A stretch of DNA of 64,000 bases from Flavobacteriales bacterium (GCA_023382455.1 JAHDVX010000014.1:16867-80866); one strand, 5' to 3'; positions 49,156 through 61,481 are shown, counted from the first letter of the stretch. Notes: generated from the sequence alone by a model not told the origin. Translations and numbers: made by a program.

Positions 49156-52100
49156 ATGGCCCAGACGAAGTCCCGCCAGCGCAAGAACAAGCGCATCGAT
49201 TTCGGTTCCACGCTCCTTCCGGCCGAGTATCCGGATTTCTTGGACATCCAACTGAAGAGCTTCGAGGAGTTCTTCCAGATCGAGACCCTCCCCGAGAACC
49301 GGGAGACCGAGGGCCTCTACAAGGTGTTCATGGAGAACTTCCCCATCACGGACACCCGGAACCAGTTCGTGCTCGAATTCCTCGATTACTTCATCGACCC
49401 CCCGCGCTACACCATCGATGAGTGCATCGAGCGGGGCCTGACCTACAGCGTGCCGCTGAAGGCCAAGCTCAAGCTCTACTGCACCGATCCGGAGCACGAG
49501 GATTTCGAGACCATCGTACAGGACGTCTACCTGGGCCAGATCCCCTACATGACCCCCAAGGGGTCCTTCGTGATCAACGGCGCCGAACGCGTCATCGTCA
49601 GCCAGCTGCACCGCAGCCCGGGCGTGTTCTTCGGCCAGAGCCGCCACGCCAATGGCACCAAGCTCTACAGCGCCCGCGTGATCCCCTTCAAGGGCAGCTG
49701 GATCGAGTTCGCCACCGACATCAACGGGGTGATGTACGCCTACATCGACCGGAAGAAGAAGCTGCCGGTGACCACCCTGCTGCGCGCCATCGGCTTCGAG
49801 AGCGACAAGCAGATCCTGGAGATCTTCGGCCTGGCCGACGAGGTGAAGGTGACCAAGACCGCCATGAAGGAGGCCGTGGGCCGCAAGCTCGCCGCACGCG
49901 TGCTCAAGAGCTGGGTGGAGGATTTCGTGGACGAGGACACCGGCGAGGTGGTGAGCATCGAGCGGAACGAAGTGCTGATCGACCGCGAGACCGTGATCGA
50001 GGAGGAGCACGTGGACCAGATACTGGACAGCGGCGCCAAGACCATCATCTTGCACAAGGCCGGGGTGAATGCCGCCGACTATGCCCTGATCTTCAACACC
50101 CTCCAAAAGGACACCTCCAACAGCGAGAAGGAGGCCGTGGAGGTGATCTACCGCCAGCTTCGCAACGCCGAACCGCCCGACTTGGAGACCGCGCGCAGCG
50201 TGATCGACAAGCTCTTCTTCAGCGAGCAGCGCTACGATCTCGGTGAAGTGGGCCGCTACCGCATCAACAAGAAGCTCGGCCTGGAAAGCGAGCTCAGCGT
50301 GCGTGTGCTCACCAAGGAGGACATCATCGCCATCATCCGCTACCTCATCGAACTGGTGAACTCCAAGGCCGATGTGGACGACATCGACCACCTCAGCAAC
50401 CGCCGCGTGCGCACCGTGGGCGAGCAGCTCTTCAGCCAGTTCGGCGTGGGCCTGGCCCGCATGGCCCGCACCATCCGTGAGCGCATGAACGTGCGCGACA
50501 ACGAGGTGTTCACCCCCACCGACCTGATCAACGCCAAGACCCTCAGCTCGGTGATCAACTCCTTCTTCGGTACCAACCAGTTGAGCGCCTTCCTCGACCA
50601 GACCAACCCGCTGGCCGAGATCACCAACAAGCGCCGTCTGTCGGCCCTCGGACCCGGCGGCCTCAGCCGCGAGCGCGCCGGCTTCGAAGTGCGCGATGTG
50701 CACTACACCCACTACGGACGCCTTTGCACGATCGAGACGCCGGAAGGACCCAACATCGGCCTGATCAGCTCCCTATGCGTGTACAGCAAGATCAACACCC
50801 TGGGCTTCATCGAAACCCCGTACCGCCAGGTGAAGGATGGAAAGGTGGACCTCAAGGGGGATCCAATCTACCTCAGCGCCGAGGAAGAGGACCTGAAGGT
50901 GATTGCCCAAGCCAACGCCGATGTGGCGGAGAATGGTGAGTTCCGCAGCAACCGCGTGAAGGCCCGCCAGATGGGCGACTTCCCCGTGGTGGAGCCCAAG
51001 GAACTCAACCTGATGGACGTGGCACCGAACCAGATCGCCTCCATCGCAGCCAGCCTGATCCCCTTCCTGGAGCACAACGATGCCAACCGTGCCCTGATGG
51101 GATCGAACATGATGCGCCAGGCCGTGCCGCTGCTGCGGCCCGAGGCCCCCATCGTGGGTACCGGCCTGGAGGAGCTTGTGGCCCACGACAGCCGCGTACT
51201 GCTCACCGCTGAAGGTGACGGTACCGTGAAGTACGTGGACAGCGACCGCATCATCATCGACTACAAGCGTTCCGATGAGGAGCGCATCGTGAGCTTCCAC
51301 GGAGACGAGAAGGAGTACAAGCTCACCAAGTTCATGAAGACCAACCAGAGCACCTGCATGAACCTGCGTCCCATCGTCCGGAAGGGCGACAAGGTGACCG
51401 CCGGGCAGACCCTCTGCGAAGGCTTCAGCACCCAAAACGGCGAACTGGCCATCGGGCGCAACCTGGTGGTGGCCTTCATGCCTTGGAAGGGGTTCAACTT
51501 CGAGGATGCCATCGTGATCAGTGAGCGCGTGGCCCGCGAGGACATGTTCACCTCCATCCACATCGATGAGTACACCATGGAGGTGCGCGACACCAAGCGC
51601 GGCCAGGAGGAACTCACCGCCGACATCCCCAACGTGAGCGAGGAGGCCACCAAGGACCTCGATGAGAACGGCCTGATCCGTATCGGTGCCGAAGTGAAGG
51701 AAGGCGACATCCTCATCGGCAAGATCACCCCCAAGGGTGAAACCGACCCCAGCCCCGAGGAGAAGCTGCTGCGCGCCATCTTCGGCGACAAGGCCGGCGA
51801 CGTGAAGGACGCGTCCCTGAAGGCGCCCCCCAGCACCAAGGGTGTGGTGATCGACAAGAAGCTCTTCGCCCGCGCCGTGAAGGACAAGAAGGTGAAGGGC
51901 AATGAGAAGGCCATCCTCGAGCAGCTGGCCAAGGATGAGGCCAAGGAACTTGCTGCGCTCAAGGACCTGCTGGTGGAGAAGCTCATGAGCCTGATCGGCG
52001 GCGAGAACTCCAACGGTGTCTTCAACAAGTACAAGGAGGAGCAGATCCGCAAGGGCGTGAAGTTCAGCGCCAAGGTGCTGGAAAAGGTGGACTACATCAC

Positions 52101-52998
52101 CGTGGACCCCACCAACTGGACCGGCGACAAGAAGACCAATGAGCTGGTGCGCCAGTTGATCCACAACTACACCATCCGCCACAGCGACATCAGCGGGGCA
52201 TACAAGCGCAAGAACTTCCAGGTGAGCATCGGCGACGAGCTGCCCACCGGCATCATGAAGCTCGCCAAGGTGTACCTGGCCAACAAGCGCAAGCTCACCG
52301 TGGGCGACAAGATGGCCGGCCGCCACGGCAACAAGGGCATCGTGTCCAAGATCGTGCGTGATGCCGACATGCCTTTCCTGGAGGACGGCACGCCGGTGGA
52401 CATCGTGCTGAACCCCTTGGGCGTGCCTTCGCGCATGAACTTGGGTCAGATCTACGAAACCGTATTGGGCTGGGCCGGCCTGAAGCTGGGCCGCACCTAC
52501 GCCACCCCGATCTTCGACGGGGCCACCGTGGACCAGATCAACGAACAGACCGATGAGGCCGGCCTGCCCCGCTTCGGCAAGGCTTACCTTTATGATGGCG
52601 GCACGGGCGTCCGCTTCGACCAGCCCGCCACCGTCGGCGTGATTTACATGCTCAAGCTCTCCCACATGGTGGACGACAAGATGCACGCACGTTCCATCGG
52701 ACCCTACAGCCTGATCACCCAGCAACCCTTGGGCGGTAAGGCCCAGTTCGGCGGCCAGCGCTTCGGTGAAATGGAAGTGTGGGCCCTGGAGGCCTTCGGC
52801 GCCGCCAACGTGCTGCAGGAGATCCTCACCGTGAAGAGCGACGACGTGGTAGGCCGCGCCAAGGCCTACGAGGCCATCGTCAAGGGCGACCCCATGCCGG
52901 TGCCGGGAATCCCCGAATCTTTCAATGTGCTCTTGCACGAACTCCGCGGCCTCACCTTGGAAGTGAGCCTGGAGAACGAGGGCGACATCAACCTTTAA
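49156..52998 (+). CDS. rpoB: RNA polymerase subunit beta
   Basis: [38 protein letters not shown]. Confidence 0.99.
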   Translation: MAQTKSRQRKNKRIDFGSTLLPAEYPDFLDIQLKSFEEFFQIETLPENRETEGLYKVFMENFPITDTRNQFVLEFLDYFIDPPRYTIDECIERGLTYSVPLKAKLKLYCTDPEHEDFETIVQDVYLGQIPYMTPKGSFVINGAERVIVSQLHRSPGVFFGQSRHANGTKLYSARVIPFKGSWIEFATDINGVMYAYIDRKKKLPVTTLLRAIGFESDKQILEIFGLADEVKVTKTAMKEAVGRKLAARVLKSWVEDFVDEDTGEVVSIERNEVLIDRETVIEEEHVDQILDSGAKTIILHKAGVNAADYALIFNTLQKDTSNSEKEAVEVIYRQLRNAEPPDLETARSVIDKLFFSEQRYDLGEVGRYRINKKLGLESELSVRVLTKEDIIAIIRYLIELVNSKADVDDIDHLSNRRVRTVGEQLFSQFGVGLARMARTIRERMNVRDNEVFTPTDLINAKTLSSVINSFFGTNQLSAFLDQTNPLAEITNKRRLSALGPGGLSRERAGFEVRDVHYTHYGRLCTIETPEGPNIGLISSLCVYSKINTLGFIETPYRQVKDGKVDLKGDPIYLSAEEEDLKVIAQANADVAENGEFRSNRVKARQMGDFPVVEPKELNLMDVAPNQIASIAASLIPFLEHNDANRALMGSNMMRQAVPLLRPEAPIVGTGLEELVAHDSRVLLTAEGDGTVKYVDSDRIIIDYKRSDEERIVSFHGDEKEYKLTKFMKTNQSTCMNLRPIVRKGDKVTAGQTLCEGFSTQNGELAIGRNLVVAFMPWKGFNFEDAIVISERVAREDMFTSIHIDEYTMEVRDTKRGQEELTADIPNVSEEATKDLDENGLIRIGAEVKEGDILIGKITPKGETDPSPEEKLLRAIFGDKAGDVKDASLKAPPSTKGVVIDKKLFARAVKDKKVKGNEKAILEQLAKDEAKELAALKDLLVEKLMSLIGGENSNGVFNKYKEEQIRKGVKFSAKVLEKVDYITVDPTNWTGDKKTNELVRQLIHNYTIRHSDISGAYKRKNFQVSIGDELPTGIMKLAKVYLANKRKLTVGDKMAGRHGNKGIVSKIVRDADMPFLEDGTPVDIVLNPLGVPSRMNLGQIYETVLGWAGLKLGRTYATPIFDGATVDQINEQTDEAGLPRFGKAYLYDGGTGVRFDQPATVGVIYMLKLSHMVDDKMHARSIGPYSLITQQPLGGKAQFGGQRFGEMEVWALEAFGAANVLQEILTVKSDDVVGRAKAYEAIVKGDPMPVPGIPESFNVLLHELRGLTLEVSLENEGDINL

Positions 52999-53013
52999 TC
53001 GAACGCCTGAGCC

Positions 53014-56000
53014 ATGACCATGATCAAAAAGGAGGTGAAGCTGTCGAGCCAGTTCGACAAGATCGTCATCAGCCTGGCCAGCCCCGAGAAGATCCTCGAG
53101 CGCAGCCACGGCGAGGTGATCAAGCCGGAGACGATCAACTACCGCACCTACAAGCCGGAGCGCGACGGCCTTTTCTGCGAGCGCATTTTCGGTCCGGTGA
53201 AGGACTTCGAATGCTACTGCGGCAAGTACAAGCGCATCCGCTACAAGGGCATCGTGTGCGACCGTTGCGGCGTGGAGGTCACCGAGAAAAAGGTGCGCCG
53301 CGAGCGCATGGGCCACATCCAGCTCACCGTGCCCGTGGCCCACATCTGGTACTTCCGCAGCCTGCCCAACAAGATCGGCTACCTGCTGGGCCTGCCCACC
53401 AAGAAGCTCGACCAGATCATCTACTACGAGCGCTATGTGGTGATCCAGCCCGGCGTGGGTAACGTGAACAAGGAAGGCGAACCGATCCAGTACCTGGACT
53501 TCCTCACCGAAGAGGAATACCTGGACGTACTGGACAAGCTCGGCAAGGAGAACCAGCATCTGGAGGATACCGACCCCAACAAGTTCATCGCCAAGATGGG
53601 CGCCGAGGGCCTGTACGACTTGCTGCGCCGCCTGGACCTCGACAGCCTGAGCTATGAGCTGCGCCACAAGGCCAACACCGAGACCAGCCAGCAGCGCAAG
53701 AACGAGGCCCTCAAGCGCCTGAGCGTGGTGGAGGCCTTCCGCAGCGCCAACGCCCGCCGCGAGAACCGCCCCGAGTGGATGATCGTGAAGGTGGTGCCCG
53801 TGATCCCGCCCGAGCTGCGCCCCTTGGTGCCCCTGGACGGCGGGCGCTTCGCCACCAGCGACCTCAACGACCTCTATCGCCGCGTGATCATCCGCAACAA
53901 CCGCCTGAAGCGCCTGGTGGAGATCAAGGCCCCCGAGGTGATCCTGCGCAACGAGAAGCGCATGCTGCAGGAGGCCGTGGACAGCCTCTTCGACAACAGC
54001 CGCAAGAGCAGCGCCGTGAAGAGCGAGAACAACCGCCCGCTGAAGTCCCTGAGCGATTCGCTCAAGGGCAAACAGGGCCGCTTCCGCCAGAACCTGCTCG
54101 GTAAGCGCGTGGACTACAGCGCCCGCTCCGTGATCGTGGTGGGACCCGACCTGAAGCTGCATGAATGCGGCCTGCCCAAGGACATGGCGGCCGAGCTCTA
54201 CAAGCCCTTCATCATCCGCAAGCTCATCGAGCGCGGCATCGTGAAGACCGTGAAGAGCGCCAAGAAGATCGTGGACAAGAAGGAGCCCGTGATCTGGGAC
54301 ATCCTGGAGAACGTGATCAAGGGACACCCCGTGTTGCTCAACCGTGCCCCGACGCTGCACCGCCTCGGCATCCAGGCCTTCCAGCCCAAGCTGATCGAGG
54401 GCAAGGCCATCCAGCTGCACCCGTTGGTGACCACCGCCTTCAACGCCGACTTCGACGGTGACCAGATGGCCGTGCACCTGCCCCTGGGCCACGCCGCCAT
54501 CCTGGAGGCCCAGCTGCTGATGCTGGCCAGCCACAACATCCTCAACCCGGCCAACGGCGCGCCCATCGCGGTGCCCAGCCAGGACATGGTGCTCGGCCTG
54601 TACTACATCACCAAGGGCCGCAAGAGCGAGAAAGACCACATCGTCAAAGGCGAGGGCGGCATCTTCTACAGCCCCGAGGAAGTGGCCATCGCCTACAACG
54701 AAGGGCGCCTGGACATCCATGCCTGGATCAAGGTGCGCTGGACCAATCCCGACGGTTCGCGCAACCTGGTGGAAACCACCACCGGCCGTGTGCTTTTCAA
54801 CGCTGTGGTGCCCGAGGAACTGGGCTACATCAATGAGGTGCTCACCAAGCGCTCCCTGCGCGACATCATCGGCCGTGTGGTGAACGAGAGCGGTACGGCC
54901 AAGGCCGCCAAGTTCCTGGACGACATCAAGGAACTCGGCTTCATGAGCGCCTTCCGCGGGGGCCTCAGCTTCAACCTCGCCGACGTGGTGATCCCCGCCG
55001 AGAAGGACAAGCTGATCAAGGCAGCGCAGAGTGAGGTGGATGAGGTGATGGGCAACTACAACATGGGCCTGATCACCAACAACGAGCGCTACAACCAGAC
55101 CATCGACATCTGGACCCACACCAACAGCAAGCTCACCTACACGCTGATGGAGCGCCTCAAGGGCGACAACCAGGGCTTCAACTCCATCTATATGATGATG
55201 GACTCCGGCGCCCGTGGTTCCAAGGAGCAGATCCGCCAGCTCAGCGGCATGCGGGGCCTGATGGCCAAGCCCCAGAAGAGCGGTGGCGGACAGGACATCA
55301 TCGAGAACCCCATCCTCTCCAACTTCAAGGAGGGCCTCTCCATCCTGGAGTACTTCATCTCCACCCACGGTGCCCGTAAAGGCTTGGCCGATACCGCACT
55401 GAAGACCGCCGACGCCGGTTACCTCACCCGCCGACTGGTGGACGTGGCGCAGGACGTGGTGATCACCGCTGAAGATTGCGGCACCCTCCGCGGCCTCATC
55501 GCCACCGACCTGGTGAAGAACGAGGAAGTGGTGGAAACCCTCAGCGCCCGCATCCTCGGCCGTACCGTGGTGCACGATGTGGTGCATCCCCAGACCGGCG
55601 AGCTCATCATCGCCAGCGGGGAGACCATCGACGAGGCCACGGCGGCCGCCATCGGCAACAGCCCCATCGAGGAAGTGGAGGTGCGCAGCGTGCTCACCTG
55701 CGAACAGCGCCATGGTGTGTGTGCCAAGTGCTACGGCCGCAACCTGGCCACCGGCCGCATGGTGCAGATCGGCGAGGCCGTGGGCGTCATTGCCGCACAG
55801 TCCATCGGTGAACCGGGTACCCAGCTTACCCTCCGTACCTTCCACGTGGGTGGTGTGGCCGGCAAGATCACCGAGGACAGCCAGGTGACGGCCAAGTACG
55901 ACGGACGCCTGGAAGTGGATGAGCTCCGCACCGTGAGGAAGAAGGACCGCAAGGGCGAGGATGCCGAGGTGGTCATCAGCCGCAGCACCGAGATGCGCAT

Positions 56001-57312
56001 CGTGGACAACAACACGGGCATCGTGCTCACCACCAGCCACATCCCCTACGGCGCCATGTTCTATGCCAAGGCGGGCAAGCAGGTGAAGAAGGGTGAGCTG
56101 ATCTGCCAGTGGGACCCCTACAACGCGGTGATCATCTCCGAACTGCCGGGTGTGCTGGCCTTCGAGAACATCGAGGAGAGCATCACCTTCCGCGAGGAGA
56201 TTGACGAACAGACCGGCTTCACCGAGAAAGTGATCGTGGAAAGCCGCGACAAGAAGAAGAACCCGATGATCCGCATCCTGGACCCCAAGTCCAAGGAGGA
56301 GATCAAGAACTACTCCCTGCCCGTGGGCGCCCACATTTCGGTGAACGACGGCGACAAGGTGGAGGCCGGCGACATCCTGGTGAAGATCCCCCGAAGCTCC
56401 GGCAAGGGAGGCGACATCACCGGCGGTCTGCCCCGCGTTACCGAGCTCTTCGAAGCCCGTAACCCCAGCAACCCCGCGGTGGTCAGCGAGATCGACGGCA
56501 TCGTGTCCTACGGCAAGATCAAGCGTGGCAACCGCGAGATCATCGTGGAAAGCCGTACCGGCGAACACAAGTACTACCTGGTGCCGCTCAGCAAGCACAT
56601 CCTGGTGCAGGAGAATGACTTCGTGCGCGCAGGCCAGCCCTTGAGCGACGGATCCATCAGCCCCTCCGACATCCTGGACATCCAAGGCCCCACCCGTGTG
56701 CAAGAGTACCTGGTGGATGAAGTGCAGGACGTGTACCGCATGCAGGGCGTGAAGATCAACGACAAGCACTTCGAGGTGATCGTGCGCCAGATGATGCGCA
56801 AGGTGGAGATCGAGGATCCCGGCGATACCCGATTCCTGGAGCACCAGGCCGTGATGAAGGCCGAGTTCATGGAGGAGAACGACAACATGTTCGACAAACT
56901 GGTGGTGACCAATGCCGGCGACAGCACGAACGTGAAGGAGGGCCAGATCATCAACATGCGCAAGCTGCGCGACGAGAACAGTGTGCTCAAGCGCAAGGAC
57001 GGCAAGCTCGTGGAAACGCGCCCGGCCACCCCGGCCACCAGCCGCCAGTTGCTCATGGGCATCACCCGCGCCTCGCTGCAGACCGAGAGCTTCATCAGCG
57101 CCGCCTCCTTCCAGGAGACCACCAAGGTGCTCAACGAGGCTGCCGTTGCCGCCAAGGAGGACGGCCTGCTCGGCTTGAAGGAGAACGTGATCGTCGGCCA
57201 TCTGATCCCGGCAGGCACCGGTACCCGGGCCTTCCAGAAGAACGTGGTCTACGGCAAGGAGGAATACACCCGGTTGATGGCGGCCAGGTTGGCCGAGCAG
57301 GAGATCGAGTGA
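53014..57312 (+). CDS. rpoC: RNA polymerase subunit beta'
   Basis: NADFDGD, zinc-finger [15 protein letters not shown]. Confidence 0.99.
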   Translation: MTMIKKEVKLSSQFDKIVISLASPEKILERSHGEVIKPETINYRTYKPERDGLFCERIFGPVKDFECYCGKYKRIRYKGIVCDRCGVEVTEKKVRRERMGHIQLTVPVAHIWYFRSLPNKIGYLLGLPTKKLDQIIYYERYVVIQPGVGNVNKEGEPIQYLDFLTEEEYLDVLDKLGKENQHLEDTDPNKFIAKMGAEGLYDLLRRLDLDSLSYELRHKANTETSQQRKNEALKRLSVVEAFRSANARRENRPEWMIVKVVPVIPPELRPLVPLDGGRFATSDLNDLYRRVIIRNNRLKRLVEIKAPEVILRNEKRMLQEAVDSLFDNSRKSSAVKSENNRPLKSLSDSLKGKQGRFRQNLLGKRVDYSARSVIVVGPDLKLHECGLPKDMAAELYKPFIIRKLIERGIVKTVKSAKKIVDKKEPVIWDILENVIKGHPVLLNRAPTLHRLGIQAFQPKLIEGKAIQLHPLVTTAFNADFDGDQMAVHLPLGHAAILEAQLLMLASHNILNPANGAPIAVPSQDMVLGLYYITKGRKSEKDHIVKGEGGIFYSPEEVAIAYNEGRLDIHAWIKVRWTNPDGSRNLVETTTGRVLFNAVVPEELGYINEVLTKRSLRDIIGRVVNESGTAKAAKFLDDIKELGFMSAFRGGLSFNLADVVIPAEKDKLIKAAQSEVDEVMGNYNMGLITNNERYNQTIDIWTHTNSKLTYTLMERLKGDNQGFNSIYMMMDSGARGSKEQIRQLSGMRGLMAKPQKSGGGQDIIENPILSNFKEGLSILEYFISTHGARKGLADTALKTADAGYLTRRLVDVAQDVVITAEDCGTLRGLIATDLVKNEEVVETLSARILGRTVVHDVVHPQTGELIIASGETIDEATAAAIGNSPIEEVEVRSVLTCEQRHGVCAKCYGRNLATGRMVQIGEAVGVIAAQSIGEPGTQLTLRTFHVGGVAGKITEDSQVTAKYDGRLEVDELRTVRKKDRKGEDAEVVISRSTEMRIVDNNTGIVLTTSHIPYGAMFYAKAGKQVKKGELICQWDPYNAVIISELPGVLAFENIEESITFREEIDEQTGFTEKVIVESRDKKKNPMIRILDPKSKEEIKNYSLPVGAHISVNDGDKVEAGDILVKIPRSSGKGGDITGGLPRVTELFEARNPSNPAVVSEIDGIVSYGKIKRGNREIIVESRTGEHKYYLVPLSKHILVQENDFVRAGQPLSDGSISPSDILDIQGPTRVQEYLVDEVQDVYRMQGVKINDKHFEVIVRQMMRKVEIEDPGDTRFLEHQAVMKAEFMEENDNMFDKLVVTNAGDSTNVKEGQIINMRKLRDENSVLKRKDGKLVETRPATPATSRQLLMGITRASLQTESFISAASFQETTKVLNEAAVAAKEDGLLGLKENVIVGHLIPAGTGTRAFQKNVVYGKEEYTRLMAARLAEQEIE

Positions 57313-57326
57313 TCCACATGGGGATG

Positions 57327-57360
57327 GAAGCCCCCGCCAACGGGCGGGGGCTTCTTTTTT
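57327..57360 (+). terminator. Intrinsic terminator
   Basis: GAAGCCCCCGCC-AACG-GGCGGGGGCTTC-TTTTTT. Confidence 0.85.
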
Positions 57361-57406
57361 GCAACACCGCAGGCCGGCATCGTTCCGGCCGGAAAATGAC
57401 CAACCA

Positions 57407-57727
57407 ATGGCAGACGAGAAAGATCACCCCCGCCCCAACCAGCTGAACATCGAGATCAGCGAGGAAGTGGCCGACGGCATTTACAGCAACCTCGCCATCA
57501 TCACCCACAGCAACTCGGAGTTCGTGCTGGACTTCGTGCGGGTGATGCCCGGCGTTCCCAAGGCCAAGGTGAAGGCCCGCGTGCTCCTTACGCCGCAGCA
57601 TGCCAAGCGCCTCATGCGGGCCTTGGCCGATAATGTCCAGAAGTTCGAATCGGTGCACGGCCACATCCGCGAGAGCGATATGCCGGAGATACCGATGAAC
57701 TTCGGTGGGCCGCCCGCGCAGGCCTGA
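57407..57727 (+). CDS. DUF3467 family protein
   Basis: QLNIE...GIYSNLAII.HS.SEFV.DF...LTPQHAKRL; conserved position after rpoC in Bacteroidota. Confidence 0.88.
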   Translation: MADEKDHPRPNQLNIEISEEVADGIYSNLAIITHSNSEFVLDFVRVMPGVPKAKVKARVLLTPQHAKRLMRALADNVQKFESVHGHIRESDMPEIPMNFGGPPAQA

Positions 57728-57745
57728 ACCGCATCACTCCTGAAC

Positions 57746-57774
57746 GAAAAAGCCCCGGGGTCCGGGGCTTTTTC
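57746..57774. terminator. Bidirectional intrinsic terminator
   Basis: GAAAAAGCCCCGG-GGT-CCGGGGCTTTTTC between convergent genes. Confidence 0.85.
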
Positions 57775-57780
57775 ATGGCC

Positions 57781-60069
57781 TCAATCGCGTGCTCCCTGGG
57801 AGAAGATCGCGTAGCCGAAGTTCAGGCTCCAGGTCCAAGGCTCGCGCAGCCCGTCGATATAGCTGGTGTTGAACCAGATCGGGCCCAGCGGGCTCTGGTA
57901 GATCAGTGAGCCGCTGCCAATGAAATACCGGGAGCTTACCGCCGCGCCTTCGCCGGTGGTGTTGTCATCCTCGCGCTCCAATGTCTTGTACGGCTGGAAC
58001 GCGTAGCCTTCCAGGCGCAGGTCGAACTTGTTTCGTGCGACGGCAATGATGCTGCGCACACCGCCTGCCAGGTATTGCTGGGCCCGGTAGTTCTCCATGA
58101 AGTAGGTCATGGTCTCGGGCGTGGGCTGGAATACCGGTGTTTGGATCACCGTGGCCGTGTAATTCTGGAAGAAGGGCTGTGTACTGTACACCCCTTCGGC
58201 CATCGCCCCGAAACGGAAGATCCCACGGGGCAGGAAGTACTTGTCCAGCCGGGCCTTTAGCACCACCCAATCATGGCGTGCACGGAGCGGGTCGCGGTCC
58301 GCCCATTGGGAACCGGGGAAGGTGATCTCGTTGCCACCGACGTATCGAAGGCTTACCCGAAGCAATTCCCCCCGGTTGGGCTGCTGCTTGCGGTTCAGGC
58401 TGTTGCGTTCCAACATCAGGCCGGCTGTGCCGAAATGGAACTCGGTGACGTCGGCGGTGTCCAGGGCGATGAAGTCGCTGTTCTGGTAGTAGCTGTCCTT
58501 GGTCTGTGCGTACTTGGCATCGAATCGCAGCAGGCCTTTGGTGCCCAAGGCCATGCCCACGTTGGTTCCGCCCCACAGTTCCCGCCGTACGATGTAGGAT
58601 GGGCGTACCTCCTGGAAGAAGGAGGTGAAGCCGCTGAAGTGGTCCCAGCGGTTCAGGGTCACGGCCGGCTCCACGTACAACGGGGTCCGCGAGCTCAAGT
58701 CCGTCCGCCAGCGCAATTGCCCGGATGTATAGAACTTGCCGAAGTATCCCAAGGCTTCCATTCGGTTGCTCGTACGGCCGAACACGTTGTACCGAGCCGA
58801 GATCATGCCCGTGTTCACCGGCCGTGAACTGACGAGCCCGCCGAATTGCACCTCCAGATGCCGTTCCCGCTTGACCTTGATGTCCAGGTCGAAATTGCCC
58901 CGCTCCGGGGAGTAGGTGGCCTTGGGAAACAATCCACGGATGTTATTGTCCGCGTATAGCCGGAAGTAGCGCGATTTCAGTTGCTGCACGGTGAGCGGCT
59001 CGTTGTGCTTGTTCACCAGGCGTTCGCAATACAGCGCCTGCCGCTTGGAAAGGTCATGGAACCGGATGTCGTTGAAGACCACCGGCGGGCATTGGCTTTT
59101 GAACTTGCGCCGGGCTTCCTCAACTTGGGCTTTCGGCCGCCGCCTGGCCACCTCCGCCTTGATCTCCGGCATACGGGCCATGGCCGAGGCGTAGCCGTCG
59201 GCGATGGCTTGCTTGGCGCTGGCAAAATCGAAGATGGTGACGTTCGTCTTCGGCTCGATGATCACGCCGGGGTCGCAGGGCAACACGTAGTTCGTCGGCT
59301 GGGTCATGATGGCCTTCAGTTGGCTCATCAGGTCGTCCTCGTTGGGCGGCGGCGCATTGTAGGCCACGTTGCTCCCGATGATGTAGTCCGGCATGAAGGC
59401 CTCGTACATCACATCGGCCGGGAAGTTGTTGTACATGCCGCCGTCCATCATCAGGTGGCCGTCGATCAGGATCGGCTTGAAGTAGAACGGATAGCTCATG
59501 CTGGCGCGCACGGCCAAGGCCAGGTCGCCCTTGGAGAACACCACTTCCTTGCGCGCCGTGATGTCCGAGGCCACGCAGCGGAACGGCACGAAGAGGCTGT
59601 CCATGTTGTACCTGGAAGCAGCGGCCGGCCCCGCGAAGGCGCGCATCTGCTCGAAGTCGATCAACACCGGCGAACGCAGGTTTGTAGGCAGGGACATCTG
59701 CAGGGTGGTGTCCACATTCACCCCCAGGGAGAGCATCGAGGCGTCAGGCTGGTCCTTCTTGAAGTAGAAATCATACTGTGGCTCAATGTCGCCCAGGGCC
59801 ATCAGTTGGTAGAGTTCGGTCTGGAACAGCGAATCCATCTCCGCCGGGGAGATCCCGGAAGCGTAAAGCGCGCCCACCAACGCCCCCATGCTGCTCCCGG
59901 CGATGTAATCCACCGGAATGTCATTCTCCTCCAGGGCCTTCAGCACGCCGATATGGGTGAGGCCCACCGCACCGCCGCCGCTGAGCACCACCCCAATGCG
60001 CTGGGCCTGGGTGAAGGCCGCACTGCAAAACATCAGGAGAGCACAGAGCAAACGCGGCATCATCGGCAT
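57781..60069 (-). CDS. Patatin-like phospholipase with C-terminal beta-barrel (PlpD-like)
   Basis: Signal peptide; LSGGGAVG, GSSMG, DGG; amphipathic beta-strand C-terminus (SPLGPI...NFGY). Confidence 0.88.
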   Translation of the reverse strand: MPMMPRLLCALLMFCSAAFTQAQRIGVVLSGGGAVGLTHIGVLKALEENDIPVDYIAGSSMGALVGALYASGISPAEMDSLFQTELYQLMALGDIEPQYDFYFKKDQPDASMLSLGVNVDTTLQMSLPTNLRSPVLIDFEQMRAFAGPAAASRYNMDSLFVPFRCVASDITARKEVVFSKGDLALAVRASMSYPFYFKPILIDGHLMMDGGMYNNFPADVMYEAFMPDYIIGSNVAYNAPPPNEDDLMSQLKAIMTQPTNYVLPCDPGVIIEPKTNVTIFDFASAKQAIADGYASAMARMPEIKAEVARRRPKAQVEEARRKFKSQCPPVVFNDIRFHDLSKRQALYCERLVNKHNEPLTVQQLKSRYFRLYADNNIRGLFPKATYSPERGNFDLDIKVKRERHLEVQFGGLVSSRPVNTGMISARYNVFGRTSNRMEALGYFGKFYTSGQLRWRTDLSSRTPLYVEPAVTLNRWDHFSGFTSFFQEVRPSYIVRRELWGGTNVGMALGTKGLLRFDAKYAQTKDSYYQNSDFIALDTADVTEFHFGTAGLMLERNSLNRKQQPNRGELLRVSLRYVGGNEITFPGSQWADRDPLRARHDWVVLKARLDKYFLPRGIFRFGAMAEGVYSTQPFFQNYTATVIQTPVFQPTPETMTYFMENYRAQQYLAGGVRSIIAVARNKFDLRLEGYAFQPYKTLEREDDNTTGEGAAVSSRYFIGSGSLIYQSPLGPIWFNTSYIDGLREPWTWSLNFGYAIFSQGARD

Positions 60070-60116
60070 GCTTCCCATGGCGTGGGCCGTAAAAGTAGGG
60101 TCCACGGCCGGGCGGC

Positions 60117-60926
60117 TCACTGACCGGCCTGCACGCGGTGGAGCAGCTCCTGGAAGTAGTGCGGGGCATGGAGCATGCGGCTGCCGTACCAGCAGAAGGG
60201 CTCACCGTCCACCAGCAGCACTTGGGCCGTGGGCAGCAGGGCCTGGATTTCCGCAAGGTGTTTTTCGCTGAAAGGATAGGGCTCGCTGGAAAGCAGCACC
60301 AGCTCCGGCGCCAGTTCCCGCAGCTGGTCATCGCTGCATTCCGGATAGCGTCCATATTCCACGGGCGGGCAGGGGGTGAAACCGCAGTGCAGCAACATGT
60401 CGCGGATGAAGGTGGGTGCCCCGGCCAGCATCCACGGCTTGCGCCAGATGAAGTACGCGGCCTTTACCGGATGGGGTAGGGGTTGCAACCCGGCAAAGGC
60501 ACGGCCGATGTTCCCGGTGAGCTGGGTCGCGGTGTCCGTTGTTCCGGTGATGGCGCCGATCTTCCGGATCATCGCCAATGCACCTTCCAGATCGTCCACG
60601 TCGCTCATCCACACGGGGAATTCCCGCTCCAAGGCCTCGATGTCGCCACGTTCATTTTCCTCCTTGTTCCCGATGATCAGGTCGGGCTTCAGCGCGCGCA
60701 CTTTTTCAAGATCCACCTGCTTGGTGCCGCCCACGCGCGCCTTGCTGCGGAACCATTCCTCCGGATGCACGCAGAATTTGGTGATGCCCACCACGCGGTC
60801 GCCCAGGCCGAGGTCGTGCAGCAATTCGGTCTGCGAGGGGACCAGGGAGATGATGCGTTGCGGAAGGACGGACAGCCGCACGCTCCGGCCCATCTGGTCA
60901 ACCGCCATGTTCATTACCGGATCCAT
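60117..60926 (-). CDS. Helical-backbone metal receptor (BtuF-like binding protein)
   Basis: RIISLVPSQTELL, GITKFC.HP, VGGTK, NKEEN, SSEPYPF, DGE. Confidence 0.85.
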   Translation of the reverse strand: MDPVMNMAVDQMGRSVRLSVLPQRIISLVPSQTELLHDLGLGDRVVGITKFCVHPEEWFRSKARVGGTKQVDLEKVRALKPDLIIGNKEENERGDIEALEREFPVWMSDVDDLEGALAMIRKIGAITGTTDTATQLTGNIGRAFAGLQPLPHPVKAAYFIWRKPWMLAGAPTFIRDMLLHCGFTPCPPVEYGRYPECSDDQLRELAPELVLLSSEPYPFSEKHLAEIQALLPTAQVLLVDGEPFCWYGSRMLHAPHYFQELLHRVQAGQ

Positions 60927-60962
60927 GCCCCGGGAAAGGTGGGGAAGCCTTACACCGCCACT

Positions 60963-61208
60963 TCAGGCCGCACTTTTCTTTTGGGCCAATTCCCGCAGGA
61001 ATTCCGGGCACAGGTCGAATCCGTTCGGCCAGGCGATGCCTCCTCCAGGCTCGGTGGAAACTTGGGCAAACCGTTCCGGGGCCAACAATTCCGCCGTGAA
61101 TCCTTTGCCCAAGTAGGGCCGCATGTCAATCTCGGCGGATAGGCCGTCCGCAAACGTCACCTTCACGCGAAGCCCGGCCATTGCCTCAACAAGGACCACG
61201 GTGTTCAT
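60963..61208 (-). CDS. DUF2442 protein (putative toxin-antitoxin partner)
   Basis: V.F.DG...ID...F..V....G.I.WPNG.D.CPE.L. Confidence 0.8.
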   Translation of the reverse strand: MNTVVLVEAMAGLRVKVTFADGLSAEIDMRPYLGKGFTAELLAPERFAQVSTEPGGGIAWPNGFDLCPEFLRELAQKKSAA

Positions 61209-61212
61209 GGCA

Positions 61213-61473
61213 CTAAGGTAAGGGATCGATGGGTGTGAGCGGCTCCGGAAGGCTGGCCCGCTCTCAGTTGTTCATCAGGTCCTGCCGATGCTGGGCGGCC
61301 CATTCCAACACCAAGGCATGTGCACGGGCCGGCAAGCCTCCGGCGATGATCTCCAACGTCCGGATATCGAACTCAGCACGGGCACCTTGGTATTCCGCGT
61401 GGAAATGCGGCGGATTGTGGTCCATGAAGTACATCCGGATGATGATCCCATAGAAGCGGCAGAGCTCAGGCAT
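61213..61473 (-). pseudogene. DUF4160 protein with in-frame TGA at 61264-61266
   Basis: MP...RFYGI.I.MY..DHNPPHFHAEY; after the TGA the frame continues ERASLPEPLTPIDPLP to TAG at 61213. Confidence 0.75.
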
Positions 61474-61481
61474 GGGTACCG

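Noticed and set aside
50773-57201. 2142-aa antisense ORF over rpoB/rpoC, and similar long antisense ORFs over valS, tuf, rplA and prfA
   Set aside because: Shadow ORFs caused by strong GC3 codon bias on the sense strand; no recognisable motifs.
61264-61266. Selenocysteine or genetic-code reassignment of TGA
   Set aside because: The aligned residue is Trp, not Cys, and many clear genes in this window terminate with TGA.
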